This document shows, one piece after another, positions 36,075 to 48,176 of a DNA stretch of 64,000 nucleotides. Below the pieces are notes generated by a model that saw only the letters and a list, made by a program, of their open reading frames with translations, ran no database searches and was not told the DNA's origin. Source of the DNA: Gekko japonicus. Taxonomy: Eukaryota. The translations under genes and the position numbers were made by a program. The stretch covers positions 449,596-513,595 of the forward strand of contig NW_015164214.1 in assembly GCF_001447785.1 (NCBI RefSeq), read 5' to 3'. Each line of letters opens with the position of its first letter. Position 1 is the first letter of the stretch.

Positions 36075-38109
36075 ATCCCAGTGACCATATGGCTCTTCAG
36101 TTCTATGCATGTTTACTTGGAACTAAATTCTAAGACCTTAGTTGTATTTACTGCATTAAAATCAGTGGAACTTACTCTCACCCAAATATGCTCAGAATTG
36201 GGCTGTTTGTGCAAGTCTTCTGAAGTTCTTGTATGCTATATGTTCTTTAGCCTTCTGAAAGCCCAAATTAATGCAATTTCCTTGCTCATTTTTTAAAACT
36301 ACATGTAAATATTACAAAATTGCAAAGATAGAAAAAAGAAAACCCATTTTACATACTGCATGAAGAACAGGTTTTGTTGTTTCCACTTAAAGTATTAGGA
36401 TAAGGAAAACACATTTACCTTAGACAACAATGGACTGCCCTTAGTTTATACAAATGCAAATTAGTCACCTTCAGCTCTAAAATCCAGAATTCATTCCACT
36501 CTGAAAGGTAGTCACTTGACTATGCGTGAAGCAAGTAAAGCAGGCCTGTGATGAGTGTATTTCCATTCTAAAACCCTCATTATCAGATACACAATTGTGC
36601 ATAGATCAGTCACCCCCCAATTCGCCACAGTTGGTGTTTAACGAAAACTTAAATGCCTTTTACTTGTTACAATTGTATTCAGGGAGCTCAGAACAGCCTG
36701 ACAATAACTTTGTGAGGTCGGTTTGGCTGAGATAACAACTTACCCATTGCAATCTTTCTTTTTTATTGTAGTATGTTTCCCACATCTTAGGGCAACAGTA
36801 ATTTAAATGGTAAATATTTTTATTAATGCAATGTATAAGAATTATAAAATTAACGTATTGTAGTGCAACAAGAATACCAGCAGTTCTAGAATATTCAGGG
36901 ACATAGCATGAACAAGACAGACAGTGTTGTAAATGAGCTGCACTATGTCGGTCATATTTTCATATTGATCTGACTTCTAGTATTAATTAAAGTGTCCACC
37001 TTACATCTGGATTCTATGGTGTGCATGGTGACTTCTGTATTCTCTGCACTGCAGCATATTAACATGAAGGTACTTCTGAATTTGAATACTAGATTGTGTC
37101 TATCTCAGCCTTTGTTTACAGAATGTAAACATCTGTATTGGATGAAGCGAGGAAATAATATTCATTTCCTGACTCAGATTGCCTAGAAGTAACTCAAATC
37201 AAAACTCAAGAGTTTTCTGGCCTTTTTGTGTTTTTCCACAGGAGGGCACAATTTGGCTCTTTACATTTATACTTGCCTTGAACAATTTACACAAAAAAAT
37301 ACTTCCTGACTATACAAAATATATTTAAGCAGTTTTTATAGATTGGTCAAAGGTACCTGAGGAAATCTTCGTTAGAAAATTGTAGTCTTCTAAAACATGA
37401 AGTGCATTTAGATAAAAACATTTTACTTCAGAGCCTTCTCATTACTTGTTTCAATGTTTATGTGTGTGTTCCTGAAGACCATACAGGGTGGTGTGTCAAA
37501 TGTTCTAGCAAGTGATCTACAGGTCTTTGGAGTACTAAAACTATCAGAATCAAGAAGGTTTATTGCAGAACATCTATTAAATTTATATATGATTGACAGA
37601 TGAAAGTGGACATGAATTCAAGTTTTTTGCAACAATGTTAAATTCCCAGCAATTATATCATTATTCGCCCAAATTTTCACAAAATACATTCTGTATACAA
37701 TTTGGATATCATCATTTTTCATATGACAAACTTTTTTTTTTTAAAAAAAATTCAGGATGCCAGCATACAGTCAGAAATAAAGAATGGTTGACTATGTTAG
37801 ATAATGGAGAAAATAGGTCTCTCTAAGTTCCCATTGCCTGCAATTAGTATCACTGATTTGCTGTCAAGTTTTTGACCTTGAACATTAGAAAGTCTATCCA
37901 TGTCTTTAAAAAAGTTAGAATATATTACTGAGCTAAGTATGCATATCTCTTTTATTAACAGTGTCATGTTCAAGATAAAGCAAGCAACATATTTTTACCC
38001 TAAAGCACTTATTTTAGCCATTTTAGACTATGTACTACCCAAACTAACTCAAGTCCGATCACTTTCTTTCGAATGCTCAAAACAATCTCACGCATATGTG
38101 AAAACAAGT

Positions 38110-38170
38110 TGTTTGTTGCTGTTCAGTCGCACAGTCGAGTCCGACTCTTCGCGACCCCATGGACCAGATC
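38110..38170 (-). mobile_element. BovB 3' tail fragment
   Basis: TTGTTGCTGTTCAGTCGCACAGTCGAGTCCGACTCTTCGCGACCCCATGGACCAGATC is the reverse complement of the BovB tail; another copy at ~58855-58935(+). Confidence 0.8.
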
Positions 38171-40031
38171 CCGCAAGTTGTACTGGCTTCGAAAGGACAT
38201 TCTCAGGTAAATTCACATACATTTGCAGACTTAGTCATGACTAACTGTGGTTGAATTGGGGGGGTTTTCAAGGAATTGGTTTATCCATGAATTCTGCCGT
38301 CTGATTAAAATCACTTCCATCCAGAGATTGATGTAAATACTTACTAACAATTCCTAGCTGCATATACACACTCTTTGTGGAATTTGGTTATAGTTCCCTG
38401 CTTCCGGCCCAGCATTGAAGATCTTAGTGGAAAATACTGAATCACATTAGAGTGAGATTACAGACAATCAAGGTCTTGTTCCATAAACTCCAGTGGACAT
38501 TTAAAAATGAGCACCAAAATTATATTTGTAAGAGACCATAGCATTTTAGAACCTTTAGAAACCTTTCAAAATAAGTTTGTCAGAGTTTTCCGCTGCAACA
38601 TCAGGATTCAAAGCAATAACTAAAAGAGCAGGCATTGTCTGAGTGACAGCTTGCTTCTTTCCAGTGATATTGTACATAAACAATTTACTTGAAGGGAAAA
38701 TAGGTGAGTTTTCCTGTTCCTTTCTCCAAAGACCGCTCACACAACACTCAATTAGACTATTTGCAGAAACTCTGTGACCCACCATATCAATTTTTCAGTG
38801 AAGGAGCCTTTACCTCAATACCATAGCTTCCCCCCCTTTCTACTACTTCAAAGGACACTCCATCTGAAAAGCCACGCCCCTCTGGAAACGGCTTAACCCA
38901 AAATTTCCAGCACCAGTCTCTTCTGATCCGACATCATCATTAGGAGCATCACCTTGTAAGAAAAATAACATACACAAGCAGCAACATGGCGTTTCACAGT
39001 AATAGAAAACCAAGTGTGAGCGAGATCAAGCTTAAAGTATTCCTCATGGTTAAAAAAAGGGCTTGATTTTTAGAAGATTTCCCACCTCTTCCTTGGAAGT
39101 TCTTGCTGCCTTCAACATGTAATTCTGGAAACTATGGGAGGGGGGAGTACAAGTATTTGGGGAGGGGGCAGGGGAAAGAAAAAAAAGGTTATTCCTCTTC
39201 TTGACAGCCCGCGGGGTTTTTCTTCCTCCTTGCCACACTTTTCCAAACTCCAGCTTCCCCTTATCCACAGCCGAGGAAGAGAGGAGGAAAAAAAGAGAGA
39301 GCGAGCGAGCGAAATTGTGGGGAAGAAAAATAAAACCACCACAGAGAAAGACACAGCCCGGCCAAAGCTGCCGGCTGCGACCGAAGGAGAAGCGCCGCTC
39401 CCAGGTTCGCGGCCACCGCTGAAGCGGGCAGGGAAGCGGGCGGCTTGTTTGCTAACGAAGGACTGAGGCGGCCGAGGCGGCCGCGGCCGCCTCAGAAGGC
39501 GCAGCCAAGAGAAAGGGCAGGCTGTTGGTGTTTGGCGCCGGTGGAGGGAGTCATTCCTGCAGCTGCACTTCCGGTCGGCATTTTGTTCTGTGAGGGGAGC
39601 GAGAGCGACACTCCACATTCACGCAGGCTCCCCCCCCCTCACCACCACACTCCGCTCTCTTCTTCTTTTTCTTCTTCTTCCTTCCCTCCCCCTTGTCCCC
39701 CCTCCCCCTTGTCCTCCTCCGTCCCCGGTACCGTCTCACCGTGGCCCAAGCGGTCCCCTCCCTGCCCCGCCCCGACCGCGTACACAGAGGAGGAGGAGGA
39801 GGAGAAGGAGGCGGTGACGGCAGAGAAGGAACAAGCCGCGGTAGAGGAGGGAGAGAGCGAGCGAGCGAGCGAGCCCCCCCCCCCCCCCACAGAGCCCCGC
39901 CGCCGCCGCCGTCCTCCTCCTCCTCCTCCCCTCCGTCCGCTCGCTCCCTTTTCCTCTCCCTCCCTTCGTTGGTCGCTCGGTCGGTGCGTGAGGTGTTTAT
40001 TCGGATCCGGTTCGGCCCGGCCTGGTGTTGG

Positions 40032-40043
40032 ATGTTGGTGTGA
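40032..40043 (+). CDS. Minimal uORF (MLV*) in the NIPBL leader
   Basis: ATG TTG GTG TGA; translation not demonstrated. Confidence 0.3.
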   Translation: MLV

Positions 40044-40181
40044 ATTCGGAGGGGGGGGAGGAAGGACGACGACGAAGAAGACGACGACGGTGGTGGCGGC
40101 CGCCGCCAGGCAGAGAGGAGCCGGAGAAGCAGGCGCCGACTTGAGGGATTCGCTCCGGCCGCTCTCTCTCCCCCCCTCTAC

Positions 40182-40310
40182 ATGTTCGCTGCACTGAGGA
40201 GGAGACGGAAGAGGAGCCAGCCCCCCTCCCGGCCCGGATTATTGTTGTTATATTATCTCCCCTCCTCCTCCTCCTCTTGCTCCGCGGCGGCCCAGCGGCG
40301 GATCCTCTGA
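40182..40310 (+). CDS. Candidate uORF, 42 aa: MFAALRRRRKRSQPPSRPGLLLLYYLPSSSSSCSAAAQRRIL
   Basis: ATG at 40182 to TGA at 40308-40310, translated by hand; lies in the best-conserved block of exon 1. Confidence 0.5.
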   Translation: MFAALRRRRKRSQPPSRPGLLLLYYLPSSSSSCSAAAQRRIL

Positions 40311-43300
40311 GGAGGGAGGGGGGCGGAATTTTTTTTTTCCTCCCCTCCCGCTCCTTTTTTTTTTTCTTCCCCTCCGGACCCCCCCCTCTTCTTCTCGCTT
40401 GGATTCAGACGGCGGTTTCGCTCAGGTAATAAAAACCAAAATAAAAATAAAATATTTCTTCCCCCCCCCCTCTCCTCACACCCTCTCTCTCTCTCTCCCC
40501 CGACTCCCCACCCCCGACCCCGTTTCGGGTTTCCTTCTCCCCGGCGGCGGTGAGGAGAAGCGAGCGGAGGCTTCGAGCTGGGCCTTCTCTGAGGCGAGGC
40601 GGCCCAGTCAGGGATTAGCCTTTTCGACGGGGCCGTGTGTGCGTGTGTGTGTGAGGGGGAGAGGAATAATGAGTGGCAGCCGGACCGAGGGAGGAGGAAT
40701 GGAGGGGGGGGGTGTTTGTTTCGCGTTCCTCTCCTCCTCTTGGGGTTTGGCGGATGAGGGGGGGGGGTGAGAGGGAGAGAGAGAGAATGGTTTCTCCCGA
40801 GCTTGCCGGAGAAGCTCAGGCCCGGAGGAGGGCGCAGGCCCAGCGGCCAGCTCTTCCACTCCAGCTCGGGGATTAGCGAGGCGAAGTGGCTCGTCGGTGA
40901 CAGGCCTCGGCGCCCGAGAGCGAGCGAGCGAGTCAGAGTGGGAGGAGGAAACAATACAGTTTAGACCGAACCTGTGCCATATTTTCAACTTCGCCGTGGG
41001 GAGGGAGCGTGGACCGGGCGGGGGATGGGGTGGGGGGGTGGGTAGGTGGGCTGGAAAAGAGGGGAAAGGAAAAAAAAGTCCCAGCCAGATCAGGCGGCGG
41101 CGGGGGGGAAGAACAAGAGAAAGAGGTAGGCTCACGCACGCACTTCGGTGTGTATAAATATAAATCAGCAAACAACTGCATCTGTTTGTCTTTCCTTGGA
41201 CAACCTCGACGTTCAGAGCGTCTAATATGTATAGAAGCGTTTCTATTGCTGGGGAGGTCAATATCGCTGGGGGGTTTTTTGGGGGGGGAGTCTTTTGAAC
41301 GGGTCTGTTAGCTCGATTGAAATCTGGTTCTTTTCTCAGAGATTGACAGGGACTTGGAACACCTGCACAACTCACAAAAAAAGGTGTAGGGGGTGGCCGT
41401 GTACCACCATTATTTTTCTGTAGGCGAGAAGGATACATATGAAGTCAGTGTGTCACATGGGAGGGGGACAGAATGTTGATACTTAATAACAACTTAGTAT
41501 AAGAAAGAGAAAGGGGTAGTGTCTGTAGTTTGACACTTTGACAAAGTGAAACCTGGAGTTTCTTCTCTGAAATTGTGGCCTTTAAGGCTGCAATCTAAAA
41601 ATGTGATGTGGGAGTAAGATCTTTTGGAATCGATGGTTCTTAACAGGAAATATGTTTAGGATCAGGCTGAAAATGGGTAACATTCTGTAAAATTAGACTC
41701 TCATAACCATGTTTCCTGTAGAAGTGGATCAGTGTAAAATCTAAAAAGCATTGTTGAGCCCTGCTGTTTGTGTAGGTGTGTGATATTTTTACAAGTAAAA
41801 CGTGGAATTTCATTAATCTTTCAAAATTGTTAGTGGAAGTTAATGTTTTTTTCAGACAAACATGTAGCTTGTCTTAGAGTGTTTTACTAAACTCTTAAGT
41901 GTTCTTTAATGAACCAGGTTGTTTTGTTCCACTGTGAAGAGTTCTGTTCTTCAGACTAGTTAATGTAACTAGTTGCTAGATAAAGTCGTCCAGAGCAGTA
42001 TTTCATCATGCATAGCTATCATTATGATGTTGGAGTTCAGGAAGGAAGCTGGTTCCTATTTAGCACATCTCACCAGCGAAGTAACTTTTTTGTTGTTGTT
42101 CCAGTTCTTATTACTGTTCAGAAAGTACTATTCTGCCTTTGTGGCCCCCAATACATGTTTAAAAGGGTGAAGTTAATATAGCTGTCACGTAGAAGGCGTG
42201 TTTTAATGCTGTAAATCCGTGTAGTAGTCAGTAGCGTGTCCGTGATTTGTATTGGTCAGGCAGCAGTTTGAATTTTAAAAAGCCTGAAGATCCTGCTGAG
42301 CCCCAAACCCGGCCTCCCTCCCTCCCACTAATCTGCCATTCCTGTCTTTGTGCTGCCTGGGCCTGTTAGACACTGTTTGCACCAGGGCCTCAGGCCTGTA
42401 TGCACGGGAGAGGAACCATTTTCGTTTTGAAAAAGCAGCTTTTATTTTTGAACTTTATGAATTACAGAATGAGCCATCAGTTGTTTTAATTGTGCCTTGA
42501 TGTGTATAACTGAATCTTTGTATCCCTTTAAAGCTGTGCTGAAACCAGTTGTAGCTCCAGTTTACAGGAAAGAAAGAACTGTGCAGAAAATAGTTGAGCT
42601 TGAGTGTTTTTTCATCATCAGAAAACGACACAAGATCTGATGATTCTTTTGTTGCTGAAGTTACGCAAGCATGGGGTGCTTAAATAGCAACAAGGAGGTT
42701 CACACTCACATTCTGTGTTTATTATTTGCAAGTTATTTTCCAGATTTGATTAAGAGCTCTTTTCTAGGTTTATATTCTCTTGCATGCCCTCATCTATAAA
42801 AGGCTTAGTACATTTTTAATGTTTTCTGTATTATACATATATGGAAAAATGAACACCTTAAATCCAGATTTTTTGTTAAATGTGTACACTGTGATCTGGA
42901 CCAGCTTTTTTAAAAAGGTCTGTTAAGATAATTAAACAGTACCAGTGTCATTTTAAATATCTCTCTGTGTGTGTGTGTGTGTGTGGGGAAAGGTTTATGG
43001 AGGTATTGGTAGGTCTTAATATGCTGTTTTATTTCTTAGGTGTATTTTGCTTATTTTGTTGGTTTTACACATGTTTGGACTTTCAGTTCTGTGAAACGTT
43101 AACAGCAACATCCTGTAGAAAAAATGGTTTATATAAGTGTATTAACAAAGTACAATAAAACTTTTCTAATGTTGCTATTCTTGTTATTAGACTGAAAACT
43201 ATTCACTCACATTGATAGTAATGGGAATAATATAGTTTGAAGTACTTAAACAGATTGTAGATTGGACTGGGCACGTTTTGTGTTATTTATTTGAAAGTGA

Positions 43301-44262
43301 GAGTTTCCCCCTCAGATTTCTGTAGGCATTTGGGAATAGTGAATTAGTGATGCTTCTGCAAATAGTAGCTGTAGGAAAATATTTTAAATGCACAAATAAT
43401 GCTTTGCCCTGAAACTGCTAAACCTAAAACTTAAAATGCATTTAAAAGTAATGGAATTTCAGGCATCTGTTTAGCCTAGCATATTGTACTACCACTTAAT
43501 TATCTTAATTTCAGAAAATGAAAGTTTACAAAGTGGGCTAAAAGTAGCGGTGCTTAACTACAGTATGCTCACACACTTTGTAGCACCCCATTTATTTTGG
43601 TGATATAGGCCATGGTATAAATAAACTGTATGAAGTAAGTGTGGAGTCAGGGTCCTTACATGCAATCAATCTAGGTCAAAGACAATGCCCCTTTCATGTA
43701 TCTGGTGCCTAGGACAATGCACCTCTAATCCTGAATGGGAGCACTAGAACTGCTGTTCTATAAATATGGCAATGCTAGTTACTGCCGAGTAAGATAGAGG
43801 TAACATTGAATGGGATAAATGCAGTTTGAGACTCATCAATTAGTGCTGTGCTTGATAATACAGAATTTTTGGTGTTTATATTGCATTCTGTTTGATAAAG
43901 CCCATAAATGGCAAACAGAATTAGTGAAAGTAGTCAATATGTTCTTTAAAAGAGTGAATTCTAGATTTTGGCTGGGGAAGTCTTTTAGTGACCTTCTAAA
44001 TACCCTGTGCTGTAATCCTTAACACGTTACTTACAAATAAGGTCTGTCAGAATTAAAATGTCTTATTTTGGTTTGTTCAGGTGACGGTTGGTGCTTCATG
44101 TAGTAGCTGTGGGCAAGGCTACAGAAATCCCATGTAGTTGGTGCCTAGGAATTTAAAGTATTTGTACACCCAAGCAGAACTCTGGTGCTTAAAAATCTGA
44201 TGTTGGCTGCTAAATATTTACTGTTCAGAAAAATAGTAATTCTGGCATGACTTTTTCCTGTT

Positions 44263-44514
44263 ACATAAGAACATAAGAGAAGCCAATGTTGGATCAGGCC
44301 AACAGCCCATCCAGTCCAATACTCTGTCACACAGTGGCCAGAAATACCAGGTGATATCAGGAGGTCCAGCAGTGGTGCCAGGACACTAGGAGCCCGCACA
44401 CTATTGACAGCTCCCCAAGCACCAAGAATACAGAGCATCACTTGCCCCAGATTCCCTATCTGTACCTTGTGGCTAATAGCCACCGATGGACCTCTGCTCC
44501 ATATGCTTATCTAA
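44263..44514 (-). mobile_element. CR1 3' end fragment
   Basis: Same 3'UTR and (TTCTTATG)n tail as the upstream copies. Confidence 0.9.
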
Positions 44515-45528
44515 GCTTATCTACATTTCTTTGGGTGTACCACTATGAAGAGACTATGCTTTTAATCAACTCTGAAAAATAATTGTAATATAAAAAAATT
44601 ACTAGCCCACGTGCCTATGAGGTATTTATGGCATACTGATGGCCTAAGAGCAAATTTTTATGTTTATAAAGCTTCCCTGGCTGATTACTTCCTGATCACT
44701 GAATCTTGGTGTTTTTATATATAATGTTTATTTATTCAACCTAAGCGCCAAAGGATCAGGTTAGTATTGGCATCAAGTTCACTTTCTTATGATGTCTATT
44801 ATAGATGCTGCTAACTTTCTTGTTCAGACCAAATCAAATCCCAACTCTGCCATATGATCAGCTACCAAGGAGTAATTGCTTCTGTCTTCTCTGTCTTGTA
44901 GCATAAAGAGGTAGTAGTATGTTCTTAAATACTTCAGAAAGAGAGTATCCTGTGCAATCTCCGTTCTGTGACTCTGTGTTTAACACAAGGCCAAGCATCT
45001 GTTTCTTAATCTAACAATTGAGATTGGCTACAGATGATTCTGTCATTGGTCTTTCATGGCAGAGAGATTGGCCCCAGGCATTTTCTAGGGCAGCACTTTG
45101 TATCAGGTTAGTTGAAAATTGTATGACTGTCATAAATACTTGCTAAAATTGTAGTTCAGTTTTAGGCATTGCATATGTGAGTAGTAGTAGACTGGACTTA
45201 CAAAAGGCTACTTACTTGTAGTGAGTAGCAGTTGCCCCCAGATGACCTTCTGAATAGCATATTAACTGAGCTGTCAGAGTAGCTGCATTTTAAGAATACC
45301 TATATCCTTTTGTTTTAAACTTATTTTGCCTTAAGGGCATGTAGGCCTTTAAGGAAGAAGAGAAACAGAAAAAGTCATTAATGCACCTTTGTAGAGCAGT
45401 ATCTGATACAAACACCCTGCTGTGTTTCCCTCCTACCTCACTCTTCCTCTAGTACACAACAAGAGAACCTGTAGGTTTGCAGCTACCTGTGTTGTATTTT
45501 TTCTGCCAGGAAGTGTACGCAGGCCTCT

Positions 45529-45531
<3 letters not shown>

Positions 45532-45616
<85 letters not shown>
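45532..45616. repeat. (TC)n(AC)n compound microsatellite
   Basis: Directly visible. Confidence 0.97.
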
Positions 45617-45619
<3 letters not shown>

Positions 45620-46891
45620 ATGAACTGGGCAAGTGCAGCATTGTGGAAGTGTTCCAGATGTAACAGCCTTGCCCAATGCTCTTTCTCTGCATTCTGGCCC
45701 AAGAAGGTATAGAAAACTTTGTTGCAGTGGCCTGGCCTATTTACTCCCCAGTAGCTGCATCTGTTTGCATTGTAGTGGAGTGCATATGCATACATGCCAG
45801 ACACATTATTTTGTGAGTTTTTCTCTCTGTGCTTTTTGTAAAAGACAAAACTGTGCATAATGGGGTAAAATAGTGATTCTTAAACTTTTGATCTGTAAGA
45901 CCAAAAGATCTGGCTTTTGAACACTAAATTCAATACAGAGCTTATGCCAGAGGTGTCAGGAGCATTCTCTTTATCAGAATTCTAGGAATAGTTTTGGATT
46001 TCTCTTCCTGATTAATATGAACAGGATCCTTGGAGTTATGAAGGCCATGCCTTGCAATAAAGATCCTTGCCTTTCTGGGCTACTTATATTTTGCTGGGAA
46101 ACCCACTATCCAGGATAACTTATGTATCATTAATAGAAGGAAGTTACCTAATTTTCAATGGGGCCATTGTTAAAGAACCCTTCCCCCCACCAAGAAAGAT
46201 CTGATCAAACCACCTGTTCTTGTGGTAAGATGATTGAGTGGGTACCAGAGCATCTCTAGGCATACCTGAATGATACCTCAGCCCTTGACTGAGTTCACTT
46301 TGGTGGCAGGCATGCTTATGGGACAGGAACGTTTTGGTCATGCTGGTGAGTGATCATAAGCAAATGGATAAGGGCTTTTCTTCATTGCTCAGCTTGTGAG
46401 ATCTACTTGCACCCTTTAATATGGTACACATCAACTGGAAAAGCAGCTGGGATTTTCAGGCACTGTCATTAGTTTCAGGTCTCTTCTGTGCTCTCCTTTA
46501 TTTTTTCAATAAGTACATGAGACTGGTAATGAAAACATTCATAGATTTATTTGGGTCATTATGCACTTGACAGCCAGCTCTACATTTTCTTAAGGAAGCC
46601 TCCAGATGTGATTGATTCTTTCCAAACCTGTGTGGATGCTATAGTCAAGTGAATTGGGGGGTACACACTGAAGTTTAATTCAGGCACAGTTGTGATTATG
46701 CTGATTGATAGAACTGATGTTTGTGGGGTAGGGGATTATTTGTTTACTCTTGATAGAGTTAGGCTATCATTTTCTAATCATGTAAAAATTGATATTTTAG
46801 ATCCTGCCCTGGCTCTTGAAAAAACAGGTTGGAATAGTAGCGAAGAATGATTTCTTCCAGTTATATATGATTAAGACATTATCATGTCTTC

Positions 46892-47099
46892 CAGCCTAGA
46901 TGGCCCAGGCTAGCCTGATCTTGTCAGATCTTGGAAGCTAAGCAGGATTGGCTCTTGTTAGTACTTGGATAGGAGACCAGGAAAGTCCAGGGTTGCCATG
47001 TGGAAGCAGACAAGCAAACCACCTCTGTTTGTCTCTTACCTTGAGAACCGTATGAGGTCAATGTATGTCAGCTGTGACTTGATGGCACTTTCCACCACC
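46892..47099 (+). mobile_element. 5S rRNA-derived SINE, full length
   Basis: GCCTGATCTTGTCAGATCTTGGAAGCTAAGCAGG...GTTAGTACTTGGATAGGAGACC; (CAC)n tail; 11-bp TSD ATCATGTCTTC. A further head at ~49380-49505(-). Confidence 0.85.
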
Positions 47100-47788
47100 A
47101 TCATGTCTTCTAGACTCAGGCGGTGCTGATTCATGCTGCTGTGAGCTCTTGGCTAGATTACTGTAATGTGCTTAGTATGAAAACAGAAAAAGGCCTGGAA
47201 GCTTTGGCTAATGCAATATGCAGTGGCTTGATTACCTACAGGTATGAGAACTTGTTACGAACTGGCTACTGGTTTGTTTCCAGGCTGTAAAGCCCTTTAT
47301 GACCTGGTGCCCACATATCTGAAAGGTTGCCTGCCTGGTATAAATTCGTGTACCAATCAAATCTTCCTAGCAGGCTCTTTTGTCTGTCCCTTCAATTGGG
47401 GGGGGGGGGTGTGCCTTTGGCATCTCAAGGAATCAAGGGTTTTCTGTTGCCACTTATTTTCTGTGGAACAGTTTTCCAGAGGCATTTCATAAAATCTTAA
47501 TGGCCATAGGGAAGGCCTACAAAACAATTTTTGAAGCCTCTTTGCTAATAGTTAATTTTTACTTTAAGTAGATGGATATTTGTCTGCCTTTGATTTTATT
47601 TGGACAAAGTTTGGTGTTTTTGGACACATCTTGTTACTAAAATGTGACTTTTAATATATGGACTATTTTGAGAGATGTGTACAGTAAGCTACCTTGGAAA
47701 CAAACTGAAAATACATGGTATACCTTTTTTCAAAATAAATCTTTACCATAGAGACAACTGTCTATCAAGAGCACTGCTATTCAGGACT

Positions 47789-48077
47789 GAGAACCAGTTT
47801 GGTGTAGTGGTTAGGAGCACAGACTCTAATCTGGGAGAACCAGGTTTGATTCTCCACTCCACATGCAGCTGCTGGTGTGACCTTGGGTCAGTTACAAGTT
47901 CTTTCAGAGGTGTTCTCTCATGAGCAGCTCTTGAAAGAGCTTTCTTAGCCCCACCTACCTCACAACTGTCTGTTGTGGGGAGGGGAAGGGGAAGGAGATT
48001 GTAAGGTGCTCTGAGACTCCTTTGGGTAGTGAAGGGAGGGGTATAAATCCAATCTCTTCTTCTTTCTTCTTCTTCTT
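47789..48077 (+). mobile_element. Squam3-like SINE
   Basis: Family match. Confidence 0.85.
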
Positions 48078-48176
48078 GTATTAGAACTCTTTCTTTTCTT
48101 TCTGTGGGTTTTGTGTGTCTGTGCTTGCATGCCTGGAAGTCATGGTGACTTCTGGTGACCCCAGTAGGGTTTAGAC

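Larger units (their letters stand above)
39570..40425 (+). other. NIPBL: NIPBL non-coding exon 1 (5'UTR); start approximate
   Basis: Collinear blocks match the human NIPBL leader as I recall it: TCCGGTCGGCATTTTGTTCTG, CGGTACCG.CTCACC, CTCTACATGTTC..GCACTGAGGAG.., GGAAGAGGAGCC, CCCTCCCGGCCCGGATTAT and CTTGGATTCAGACG.CG.TTCGC.CAG, followed by donor GTAAT at 40426. Confidence 0.88.
39200..41250. promoter_or_regulatory. NIPBL: CpG island / NIPBL promoter
   Basis: Abrupt GC- and CpG-rich, TE-free block in an otherwise CpG-depleted window; no TATA box; ETS core ACTTCCGG at 39567-39574. Confidence 0.92.

Noticed and set aside
39445-40197. 250-aa + strand ORF, and overlapping 168-276 aa ORFs on both strands of the CpG island
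   Set aside because: Low-complexity Pro/Glu/Arg/Gly translations of stop-poor GC-rich repeats, mostly with non-ATG starts. They overlap the NIPBL non-coding exon and show no NIPBL protein similarity.
9954-44514. All five young CR1 copies on the minus strand
   Set aside because: With n=5 this is compatible with chance, and two older CR1s are on the plus strand.
46892-46985. 5S rRNA gene
   Set aside because: Partial and diverged, fused to a SINE body and flanked by a TSD.
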